DNA of 64,000 bases from Podarcis cretensis (taxonomy: Eukaryota): contig OX638149.1 of NCBI GenBank assembly GCA_951804945.1, forward strand, positions 88,412,001 through 88,476,000, in the 5' to 3' direction. Below the pieces are notes generated by a model. That model was not told the origin of the DNA, made no database searches, and saw nothing but the letters and a program-made list of their open reading frames with translations. Positions 11,660-24,173 of the stretch are shown piece after piece; the first letter of the stretch is position 1, and each line of letters starts with the position of its first letter. Position numbers and translations under genes: made by a program.

Positions 11660-14600
11660 TCAGGCACTGTGTGCAGGCTGCAGGAGGTGGATCAATTTCT
11701 TACAATGCCTTGATGATGAGGGCCGTGGGCTGCTGTAGGCACTAGTCTGAGGTTTGTTACATGAAAGTGCTTCCAACTTTTCACTTGCTCCGAGTGACAC
11801 CAGCACCTGGAAAGGAGATTGGGACAGATATATGTTGTGCCCTGGCATAGCCTATTGTGCTAAGCTATGTAGGGCATTAGCACAATTACTTAGAGAGGGC
11901 CTGTGTTTTTAATCCTGCCTCCAACATCACTTCCGCATTATCAGGACACTGTGTTGGGATTTCCATCTACTGCAAGTAATGCACAGCTGATTGAGGAATA
12001 TGTTATGTTGGGGATGGGACTGAAAACAAGGCCCCCTTTTGAGTAATTATGGTAACTCCCTCAATGTGAATAACACAGCAATAGGATTCTATAGAGAGCG
12101 TGTATCTTCAATGTCTGGTACTGAGAAAGATGTCATTCTGACAGAGCTGTTCAATAGTGGAACGAACAGACTCCCATGAGAGGTGTTGGACTCTCCTTCC
12201 TTGGAAGTTGTTAAACGGAGGTTGGATGGCCACTTGTCACATATGATCTAGTTGAGATTCCTGCATTGTAGGGAGTTGGGCTAGATGACCCTCAGGAACC
12301 CTTCCGACTTTACAATTCTATGATTCTTGGGGAGCACAGTCATGTTTTCATAGAAAGGGGACTAGCAACTTAGGGTTGTATTCAGTGTACTGTCAGTGCA
12401 AGGCCTTTTGGCTGTGCAAAGTAACTCCCCTTCCTCCCTGCAAACCCTCTAAATCTGTTAAGGGGCTTCCACAGCCATCCAAAGCAAATTTGGGGAAGGT
12501 GTGAGGTGCACAAGAATCAAGGAAAGTTCCATTGCACAAATGCCAATCCTTGCACTAACAGAGCAAGTGCATTGGATACCACCCTTACACATAAAAAGTG
12601 ATGATTGTAACTAGGTAAAGGAAGAATGAGATCTACTGTTGGATGACCTAATATAAGCTCAGGGACACTTGGAACCAACAGAAAGTTATCATGGAAAAAA
12701 CATCTATTCCTTGAGAATCCAGTGGTGTGATAGTTTGGAGCTCACTTATGTGCAACTGTTTTTGAAAGAATGGAACAGGTTGAGTTATATTGATAACTGC
12801 TAATTAAGATGACAAAGCAAGTCAGCTATCACACACTGACTGTTTGTAAAGTGCTTCTCTCATAGAAAGGAAGGGTCAAGAGAATATGGCAGCTAATAGC
12901 AGCAATGAACTCTCAAGCCCCCCACCAACAAGAACCTACCAATGTCATTTTCCTTTTTTGCCCCAATGTACAAACCTCAATTCTTGACCAGCAAGCAAAG
13001 CTTCATTATCCTCAACAACCACGGCAGGTAACCTTGCAATAAGGCTTCCGTTATGCATTGTCAGGAATTAACTGAAGCACAATAAATCTGACTGCTGGTT
13101 TATTAGGGCCTGCCCTCAGCTCGCCAAGTCTTTTCCCTCCACAGTTGCTGAACTAATACCTGGTGGATCCTGGGCTGCTGGCCAATAGATCGAAGAGCAA
13201 TGAGTGCTGCCTCTTGCACAGCTGGTTGCGAATCATGGCAGGCCACATCCAATAGACGACCAGGTACCCTGCTCTGGATCAGCAAATCTTCCAGTTCCAC
13301 CGACTGGCGGCCCAAGTTGCCCAGTGCTGAAGCCGCATTACAGCGGGTCTTGGCTTGCGGATCACTCAGGAGCTGAACAACCCAAGGGACTGCTTTGCTG
13401 AGGGCTGGAGTAAGAGGGCCAGCCTGGTAGGCTGCATTGCCAACAGCAAAGCTGGCTGAGCGTCGCACATGTTCGTCCTCATCCGAAAGGCATTCCAGCA
13501 GATGTTCCAGCAGCCCAATCTGGTCCTGCAGAACCTGAGGAAACCCCTGTCTGTGGCGCAGCAAGTTCCCCAAAAGGCTGCAAGTTTTGGCACGAACTGG
13601 GCATTCTTGGTGGCACAGCAGGTGGCTCAGTGGTTGGGAAGCAGAGTCTGAACCACATAGGAGTCTCTGTAGGAAAGGCAAGTGAGCTGGACTGGCCCGA
13701 GCTATGTGGGTGAGCAGAGAGAGCAAGTCTGCAGTAAGGGCTACTTGGTCTGATAGCAAAATGGCAGACAAGAAGGCAACAGCATGCTTTGAGGCAGCCA
13801 CCCCCACCACCTGCTCAATGACTCCCTCGTCGCTCAGCACCAAGTGGCACAGGAGACTCAATGGCAACTCTGTCTCTGAGAAGGGAAGGTGGTGAATGCA
13901 GGCCTACAAAGAAAGCAAAAGCAGAATAGTGTCTCAAAGTGTGCATACCAGTATGAAGTTGGCACCAACAAAGTTCTGTTTGTGCAAAGACTTCTGCTTA
14001 TGCTATGGAACTTACTTTCCTCACCCTAGCCACAAAATCTATTTGTAGTCTTTCCACAAACTGGACAACTTTGTTGGAGATAACTCTGAACCTTTATCAT
14101 TTTAAAAATGTTTCCCATAAAGGGTAAAAATTCCCTTATGTCTTTATGAGACTGGCATTTCCATCCCTTCCCCAGCCTACAACCCCCTTCAAAAAAGGCA
14201 TTTGGTGCCTTGTTTTATGAAAAGCAGTTTTTTGAGTGCATCCACATAAGCACAACCACCATGAATCAGGATAAAAGGCATTGCTTTGTGTGGAGCAGAG
14301 CAACTGGTCTGGCTAAGGCAGAGTCTGCATCTAGTGCTTAGACGACCAACATGAGAAAAGGTTTACCTGGAGTAACCGTGCAGGGATTTCAGAGTCCCTT
14401 AGACCTGTTGTAATAAGCTCTAAAGTTTCAGGGTCCATGTCCAGAGCAAAGGGGAAACAGAACAGCTGGCAAATTTGGAGCACAACAGCTGATACCAGCT
14501 CTGGGTCACCATCCTCTTGCATCTGCCTGGAAGAGGGAAGAAAGCTGTCAAAGTGAGGTGTTAACTTCCAGCTGTAAGTATATTTGGGCTGCAATAGTAA

Positions 14601-17600
14601 GCTCCAGACTCCGGTCTGAAACCCTGGAGAGCCTCTTATCTGTCAAGTGTAGACAATAAATGAAAATGAGGTAGACTAATAGTCTAACTTGGTATAAGAC
14701 AACATTCTATATTCCATCTGCCCTGCCCTGGCCTTCAACCATTACATGCTGGTTTTAAGGGATGTCTTGAACAAAAAGTTAATTGCTCTGAGCCAAATCA
14801 CTGTTTTTTATAAAAGAAGCAAATATGCTCTTTTATAGCTATGTTACACCAAGCGGGACACGGGTGGTGCTGTGGTCTAAACCACTGAGCCTAGGGCTTG
14901 CTGATCAGAAGGCCGGTGGTTCGAATCCCCGCAATGAGGTGAGCTCCCATTGCTTGGTCCCAGCTCCTGCCAACCTAACAGTTCGAAAGCACATCAAAGT
15001 GCAAGTAGATACATAGGTACCACTCCGGCGGGAAGGTAAACAGTGTTTCCATGTGCTGCTCTGGTTTTGCCAGAAGCGGCTTAGTCATGCTGGCCACATG
15101 ACCCAGAAAAACTGTTGGCTCCCTCGGCCACTAAAGTGAGATGAGCGCCGCAACCCCAGAGTCATTTGCGACTGAACTTAACTGTCAGGGATCCTTTATC
15201 TTTTTTGTGTTATACCAAAGCAGAAATAGGCTTAATGTGCACACCTTATTTTGACTGTAATTTTTGGAATTAGGAATCAAATACATTGGTGAAGTTTGGA
15301 AAAGGGCAAGGAATAAAGGTTTACATAGGGATGCTGTAATAAGAAGCTGAAACTGAGGAGAGTTTGGGAGATATGCAGAGCACAACTAGTGCCTCTTTCT
15401 AATCTAATCTAATCTAATCTAATCTAATCTAATCTAATCCAATGGCCGGCTCAATAAAAACCTTTATGGACAAGTATAATCCTAAAAACTTCATCTTTAA
15501 TATAAAAACAAAGGTTGTTAGAAAGCCAGATTCAGCTGCATGTATCTGGAACATTCCTGAGATTGAACATAGGGACACAGAAGGTTGCATATCATCCACT
15601 TCTGCGTCTTGGGGCAGCTTTCTTGCTGAAAATGGAAGTTGGTAAGAAGGGGAGGAGCTAGACCAAAATCAGGGTTGGGGGAGACTGTATTGCTGTGCTG
15701 TGTTTGGGTAAATGACAAGTATGTTTCTATGCAGCAGCCCCCTGCCCTTGTCCCACTCTAGCAGCATTTAGTTTACTTCCTTCTATAGCTCAGCCTCGGA
15801 TTTATCACTCACGTTTGTGCCAAGTAAGTCAGGAAGTCAGGTTCAAGCAGCTTGCTCAGGGTTGCCATCATGACCCCATTGGGCTGGCCCAGGTGGAGAA
15901 GGCACTGGTGAGGCTCTCGTGTGAAGATGAAGAGGGCTAAGCTCAGGAAGAGCAAGGTTCCTACAGCAGGGAAAGTACGAGTGAGAAGCCCCTTAGCCAC
16001 CTATTCAATGTCCCCTTGCCTTTCCCAATCGGAGAGGTGACTGCCAGAACCAGGCCTGGCACCATGGAAAGACTGTGAGAATCCTTATATACAGCCTCAC
16101 CAAGACGAACCTCCTCAGCTCTGTCTTCTGACACGTAAATAGCAAGAGGAGACGCCCAAGAGGCAATTTGGGGTGGTTCTTACTAAAGGAAAGCCACTTT
16201 GTACCTTGTGGTGAGATGAGGTTCCAGTATGGCTCTGGTGCCTGCTGGCCAGCTCTCGGGGTGTCTCCTTCCATCACTGGCTCCTGAGAAGTCAAGTGGA
16301 GCACCATGGCAAAGCGATGCCACACGATGCCCCAGAGTTCGGAGGTAGCAAACTCCCGCACTACTCCTGCATCTCCCTGACAGAAGAGGAACAAGCCCCA
16401 AAGCAGTGAGATGGGAGCCTAAACACCCTATTCTGCATTGCAGCTCAGGGATTTGGCTCATCAGAGACACCTTAATTCCGTGGATGCTCCCTCTGTAGCC
16501 TGACAGACCTAAACCCTTTCTGACTGGACCTCTCTTCCCACCTGTATCTAAAAAGCAGGAAGCTGGGCGTCCACTAAGAGGAATTGCTGCACATAACTCA
16601 GCTGATATGCCCAGAAAGGGCAGAGACTTAACTGCCCTCCCCATTTTGCTAGGGAATTTAAGGTCTTCATCGCCACCAACTGTAACATATATTTTCAAAG
16701 ATGGAACGGGGCCAGTCCTGCAGAATCCTAAGACTCTGCTTTTATTACATTTTAGCTATCATAATATATTTTAATTGGGTGGAAGCAAACTTCTAGTCCA
16801 TAAGAGGGGGAAAACAATGTGGTAATATGCAGGTGGCTATAGGTGAGAATTTGGCTGGAGTTTCTTCACGCACACAAATATACATACACAGCAAATTGTA
16901 TATATAGTGCAATGTCCTCATCAGTATTTTTTTAAACTTTCAAATTCTATAGAAAGAACTGAGCCACCTAGCCAGAAAATATGCTTGGAAATTATCATAT
17001 CTGTATAACTATGTTAGCAAACTGAGTTGTTTAGGTCCAGTTCTAGACTGTGCTGTCTTTCTCTATCTCAGTGTTAGCCAACCTGGTGCCCTCCAGATGT
17101 TTGGAACTCCACCTCCCATCAGCCCCAGTTAAGTGTAGATTAGAAGATGGTTGGGGTGATGGCAATTGTGGCCCAAAACATTGAGGATGCCAGGTTGGGG
17201 AAAGCTGCTCCGTCCTTTGACCCAAAGTGGCCCTTCCAGTTGTGGATAGGGCAACCTCCAAGGAAGTCCATGAACAGACAGGACAGCACCTGGATGAGAG
17301 CCAGTTCCCTACTGCCAAGAGCTGAGGGGCTACACATGGCCTTGGCAGAATTAAGCAAGCCATTTCTTACCCTACCCCATTCTGCTTCACCTAACAGTAA
17401 ATACTTTCCCTAATACCTCCTGGATCATTTGTGTACATCCTCTTGAGCAGCCTTTGCCAACTAGGTGCCCCCAGATGTTAGACCATAACTGTCTGTTGGA
17501 CCACATGCTGGCTGGGGCTGATGGGAGCTACAATCTAGCAACATCTGGAGGTCACCAGGTTGGCCAGTGCTGCTCTAGAGAATGCAAGGAAGCTGCTTGG

Positions 17601-20600
17601 TGGGGCATGAAGTCATACCTGGCTTAATAGCTGCAGCATCAAGAGCAGGAGCCCATCATAGAAGCCAGCTCCCATGGGAGGTGGCAGGCAGAGCTGAAAG
17701 ACACCAAGAGAAAGGACTAGACCTGAGACAGTGACCTCAAAGTCAACCACTATATGGCATGACAAGCATGACACAGCCAGTGGCCTATGTGTCCTGATTT
17801 GCCCCTGTCTGTCTGGAGCTGATTTCTTACCTCCGCAGGTTCTGTGAATACAGTAGCTATAATGGCCATGGCTTCCTCTTGCCTGATCATCACAGCAGCA
17901 CCATTTTGAATGAAGTGTGTCAGCAGCAATCCTGCAGCACTCTGCATAAGACAGAGAGACCTCTCTGTGTGCAGGAATGGCCAGAATGCCTTCTTTACTT
18001 GAACTGGATGCAAATCTAGTTATTAGACTCCCCGCAGGAATGGCAATGCTGCTTTCTCCTTCATAGTCTACAGAAGTCCAACTCCGATACCTCTGGTATG
18101 ACAGGGTAACAGGCAGACCATTTCTTTGCAGTCCAGAAGTATCTAGTACACATTTGTGGGAACAGTGGGATACCTCTTTTTCACAGCTTGTGAAGCTCTG
18201 TCTACAATACCTCCAACTGTGTGAGGGAAGATAACTGTTTGGTCCTTTCCTTGACCTTAGTGAGAATCCATCACTCGCCATTGGGTGCAGTGTGGAAGAG
18301 TTTCTCGTGAGTACAAACCTACAGCTGGGGCTACTGACAATCAGATTACACATATGGGGTAAAAGAATCTATATAGACAGTTCTAAACTCTACCCCGGAG
18401 TAGAGATTACTCACTAGAACAGAGGTAGCTGTTGCATGGTTGAAAAGGGCCACGGCTTCCTTCAGCACTATTTCAGACCTAAACCACAATCAAAGAAATA
18501 GCAGCATTAGAAGGATGAAGCAACAAATGCCAAGGCCCTCATCTTTAAAGCTAGCAATACTTGCCAGACACTTAAGTGTGTGCCTGGAAAAGGAACGGCA
18601 GCCAAAAACTAAGGCTGGGGCTGCACTGTGGCTCAAAAAATGTGGTTATGTCATGTAGCAGATTCAGTGGAATCCTAAAAACCAGTAATTTCATTTTCTA
18701 AACATCAAGAAAACTTCTTGGCAGCATTGTTGCTCACTGCTGGGTAGTTTCTGCTTCAGACTAAGAAACCATCAGTTCGACACAGCTTACAGTCACCAGA
18801 AGTCTAGTCCTTAACAGATGCCAGCTCTCTCCTTATGTATACTCTGTGTAAATAGCTGGGAGGCTATTGCTACTGGGCCCCACTCTGGGCAAGTTGCTCC
18901 TGAGTTTAGGGCAGCTACATCAAACATTAAAAGAGTGAAGTGGGAGGGATGTATCTGCTTACAGAGCACAGTGAAGCACCATTGCACATCTTCCTGCAAA
19001 ACATCTCTTGGACTGGCACGTTTTGCGATGGGGCATATCCCTCAAAACCAGGGTTGTGTTGGACATTTCCGGAGAACTGCAGATCAGTTTCCCTTTTTTG
19101 TCAAGTGCCTCCCTATTTTAGCACTGACTCTCCTTACTTCTTGCCAATGCACTTCTTGTCAATCCACACCACTTAAGTTAAGTCCCTGCGAGCCTTTTCC
19201 CTTGTTCCCAAGCAGTCAAGGCAAGAATATGAACGGTGCCAAAGCAACAATACTTACTGAGGTGGGAGGATCTGTAGCTGGAGGAGCAGGAGGGAGAAGA
19301 GTCTCAATGAGGCTTCAGCTGCCTGTACTTGTGCCACTTCAGTCAGTGGGACCTTTCAAAGAGACAAGGCTCAGTCCTGAAACACTGGCCCCACAAACCA
19401 TCACCTTTCCATCCCATATCCACTCCTAAGAGAAGCTATCCAATGTTCCTCTCACAATGTTTTGCTCTAAAACCATGCTCATCTCAGTGCCCCTCCCCTG
19501 CCCATGCCAATCATGTTGGAACGCCTTTCCTGTTTCCACACCATCCTTTCCCTGATGCAGTTTCCAGTTCCTTGCTCATTAACTCTCAAACCCCAGCATC
19601 TCCGGTTAAAAAAGGATCAGGGAGTAGGTTGACGAGAAAGACCCCCTGATCGAGATCAGGGAAAGACACTTCCAGTCAGAGTGGACAATATCAGATGGAA
19701 AAATAGTTTGACCTGGTAAGAGGCAGCTTCCTTTCTCCCCCACCCCACCTTCTTAGGGCTGAGACTTTGCATGTGCTCATGATGAGGCAGTTCTCTTTGC
19801 AGTTTCAGAATAAAAAAAAATACCTTGCCTTGCAGGGCACAAATCAGGGAACTCAGTCTTTCTGGAGTTGCTAAGCGATGGCACAAAGTCAGACTGACAT
19901 GGCAACAGGCATACAAGACCTGGGTGATGGAAATGCAAAGCAAGGTCAGACCACCGAGGCATCATCACTTTTTTCCCAAGTGAGGGGGGAAAAGGGAATG
20001 GATCAAGGCATGTTGCCTCCAAGGATAAGATGCCCTGGGCACCAATTCCCCGACTCCCAGAGAAGCAAAAGGAACATGGGGAGACGCGTTACCTTCATCC
20101 CATTGAGAGAAGAGGCAGAGCGCTCAATTCCTGAGAGAAGACTTGGCAGCAGGTCATTCTCTTTCTCAATGAGCTTCTGGGCTACTTGCTGAGAGATCTG
20201 CAATGGAAATCCCTTGCCTTCAGTGCTAACACCATTATCAGTTTCCACCACTTGAGGGAGCTATATAGCCAACCTCTCAGAAACATAAATGCCAATAAAA
20301 CTCCCACCTGCTTTTTGGCCTTATGACATCTGCTGTGCCCTCCTGGGATGCCGCAGGATGCAGCTAAGGCTGCAGTAGAGGCACTCCACTCTTGCACTGC
20401 CTTTGCTTCTTTGGGGAACACTGGTGGGGGTTGGGGAGCAAACAGAATACACCAAGTAATGTTAAATACACCAACTGGAAGTGGAACAGAAATGCCACTT
20501 ATAGTGACGACATCTATTATTGTCTACTTTTATTTGTCACTTTTTTGCTCAAAGTGGACCCAACGCAACTTACAAGAATAATACAAATATTAAAACTAAA

Positions 20601-23600
20601 ACAGAATAAAAACCTAAAAATGCATCCTCTATATAAAAGGGAGGTCTACTACATCCATCCTACCTTTAAACCATCAAATTAAGAGTGAAAAGCCTGGGTA
20701 AAAGAAACATTTTTGCCTGGTGCATAAAAATAGAGATGACTCTAGGCTTGCCTCTCTGGGCAGAGCATTCCATAATTAGGCAGCCACCACTGAAAAGGCC
20801 TGTTCTCATAGAATTGTAGAGTTGGAAGGGACCCCAAGGTTCATCTAGTCCAACCCCCTGCAATACAGGAATATCAACTAAAGCATCCATGACAGATGAC
20901 CATCCAACCTCTGCTTAAAAACCTCAAAGGAAGGAGAGTCCACAACCTCCCAAGAGAGACCACTCCACTGTTGAACAGCTCCTACTGTCGGAAAGTTCTT
21001 TCAGATGTTTAGTCTGGAATCAGGAGCCATTTTGCATTATCCCAAAATGCAGTCAGATGGGCACATTCTCCACAGCATTTGTTACCTTCCTGAGCTGGCT
21101 GCTTACAGCTAGCCCCGCGGCAGAGCATTTCCAGAAGGCGGTGATGCTCCTCAAACAAGCTGGTGTAAAAGGGAATGGAGATGGATGGGCAGGCACAATC
21201 CATGCTCTCACACAAGTGGGTGAAGCACTGTAAGGATAAGAGACAAGGGATGCTGTTGCAGTGAGGATAGTATAGGTCTGGGAGTTGTGGGGAGCCTAGA
21301 GCAAGAGTGGGGAGACTTTTTCAACCTGAGGCCCGCATTCCCTTCTGGGCAACCTTCCAGAAGCCATATGCTATGCTGTATGTAGCCAAAGACAAAAGAG
21401 GGCATAGAAATGAATGTACTACAAATATGTTATATATTTTGGGATGTAGGAACAATAGCTGCTCCTCATCTTTGAAAAAGTCAAACTCTGGGTTGGAACC
21501 GATTTCTGTCCCAAGCCTTAAAACACACAGGTTCCAGGGGTAGGCAGGGAGAAGTGAACATTAAATTGAGAAGAAAACTGAATTAAATTTAATATAGTTT
21601 CCCTTAAATTAAATTTAATGAAATTAAATTGAGCATTGAACATTAAAAGGATGCTGAAGGGAGAAGGAGAGAGACTGAGACAAGATGGAGATGAGTAGAC
21701 CAGGAGATAGGAGGCTTCAAAGGGACCCTTACCATCAGGCTTTGTTCTCGCAGCTTGCTCTCTTGGTCTGTGGGCTGAACCAGCAGTGCAGGTAAGAGAG
21801 CAAGGAAGCGACTGGCAGAACTGTGGAATGCCTGCAAACTAGAGAAGTATCTGTGTTTATAGGTTTGACATAGAAGCTTAGCCTTGAAACATGGCAGTGA
21901 GCTCAACACAGGCACTCAGATTCCCTTTTTCTTTGGCCAGTACTGTATAATTGTGTAATGCTCAGAACCTGTATGATGGCAGGTAACAAGGGACATTATA
22001 TGCCATTTCCAGTTCTCAGACTAAATACTGGCACAAGGCATCAGAGTGTGGAATGAAACTGCTTCTTTTTGGTATTTACTGTATTCATGCACACTGTGCT
22101 TTAATTTTGCCTACTCCTATACTGCCGACAACATAGAATAATTCACCTTCATATTTCATCTGCCATGAAAGTGTCTTACCTTTGCTTCTTTCCACTCTGC
22201 TGTCGGTTGAAATCACTGGCAAAGTAGGCTGACAGGACAGTGATTAAGTCTATCAGTAGGGTGATATACCAGGGCTGCTGTGGGATAGAGAGAGAGGTAT
22301 GTGTTCTTGGGGCTGGATTCCAACTGGTTGGGTGCCCCATAGAAAGAACCAGTAATCAAGAATTACCGGAATCATCTGCCAAGGTAAGAAGAATGGGAGG
22401 AGGAGGAGGAAACTAACAGAGTTCTGAGTAAAGTGGGCTGAATTCTGTGCCAAATTTAACCTTTGTACAGATGCACAGAATCTGTAGAGGAAAGACTGTT
22501 TTCCATTACAGTGTAAACTCCATGCGGCACAAAATTTGGAATCAAAGAATGAGGCTTTTAAATAATCTCACCAATAAATGTTTTTAGTTCCCAGAGTTAT
22601 CCACATATATGTTAAAGATGCTGGTATCAGCTGTGGTAAGGTCAGACACCCTGGAGGTTTCAAGCAATCAGGTGATAAAGTTACTCAGCCAAGCCCTCGG
22701 TTCCTAGTCCCTTGTCCGCCATTCATACCTCCTCTTCTTCCGAGCTGCTTATGATTCTTGTCAAAATATCCCAGATTCTGCAGAACACTCTAACAGTGCT
22801 TTTAACCTTGTTAAATACTTTTACATAATGAACCTTCTTTTTTTAAAAAAATCCAAATACTATATGCTTAGTTTGGATTATAGTCCAATAAGAAAAAGGT
22901 CCAAATAACAGCCTGCTATACACCTAGATGCTTTAACTCTTCAAAATGCAAGTACCCGACATGGTGTCCTCCAGATAATGTGGTCATCATCCCTGACCAT
23001 TGACCATGCTGGGAGGGAGGGAGTTGTAGTCCAAAGCATCTGGAGGGCACCACGTTGTCTACCCCCTGTTTTGGCGAATGCCTCTTCTCTACCTGCTTGA
23101 TGTTGATACTCTCCAGGATACTTCCCGCTAGCTCCACAAGGAAGTGGGATAATCCTGTGTCACTGCAGAAGTTGTACAACAGCTCCGTGTCACAGCGGGT
23201 ACCTAACAAGTTGCCAATAACATGGAGGGCAGGGCGAAGATGGGAAGCTCCCTCCAGCATTCCCTCCAGCACCTGTATAAGGAAAAGGGGTAAATGTACA
23301 TAGGACATACAACTCTTCCCCATACAGGGCAAGAGTCATGGCAGAAACAGAGACCTTCCCCACACCAATGCCTAAAGTGCTCTAGAAACACCATACAAAC
23401 TACTGATTCCACAGTCACTCTGTCTTCAACAGCATCACAGCACACTCTTGGCATCCCAAAATTCATCCATGAGATGTTGCTCCCAACTAAAGAGTTAATG
23501 ACATGCCCAGCTTCCTTTCTAGGATCCACACATTTTTATAAGACCTCTATACCCTGTCAGGGACGCGGGTGGCGCTGTGGGTAAAACCTCAGTGCCTAGG

Positions 23601-24125
23601 ACTTGCTGATCGCAAGGTCGGCGGTTCGAATCCCCGTGGCGGGGTGAGCTCCCGTCGTTTGGTCCCAGCTCCTGCCCACCTAGCAGTTCAAAAGCACCCC
23701 TAAGTGCAAGTAGATAAATAGGTACCGCTTTATAGCGGGAAGGTAAACGGCGTTTCTGTGTGCGGCACTGGTGCTGGCTCGCCAGTTGCAGCTTCGTCAC
23801 GCTGGCCACGTGACCCGGAAGTGTCTCTGGACAGTGCTGGCTCCCGGCCTCTTGAGCGAGATGAGCGTGCAACCCTAGAGTCGGACACGACTGGCCCGTA
23901 CGGGCAGGGGTACCTTTACCTTATACCCTGTCAATTCTTAAGAGTCTCCATCTTTCCAAGCTGTCCCTAGTCTCTATGTATGTGGCTCATCATGTACTAG
24001 CTGAAAGGCCAAAACTACCAAAGGAATTCAACAAGGAAAGAGTGTTTCCACCAGTTTCTTTCCTCTTCTCTCTGTAGGAAATCTCGCTTAGCTTCTGAAG
24101 GACATACCCAGCATACAGCAAACAT

Positions 24126-24173
<48 letters not shown>

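Noticed and set aside
17613-18353. 246-aa minus-strand ORF
   Set aside because: Only the final ~25 codons are a true STK36 exon; the rest is intron or an out-of-frame exon.
21560-21632. AT-rich palindromic repeats (ATTAAATTTAAT twice)
   Set aside because: Low-complexity intronic sequence with no evidence of function.
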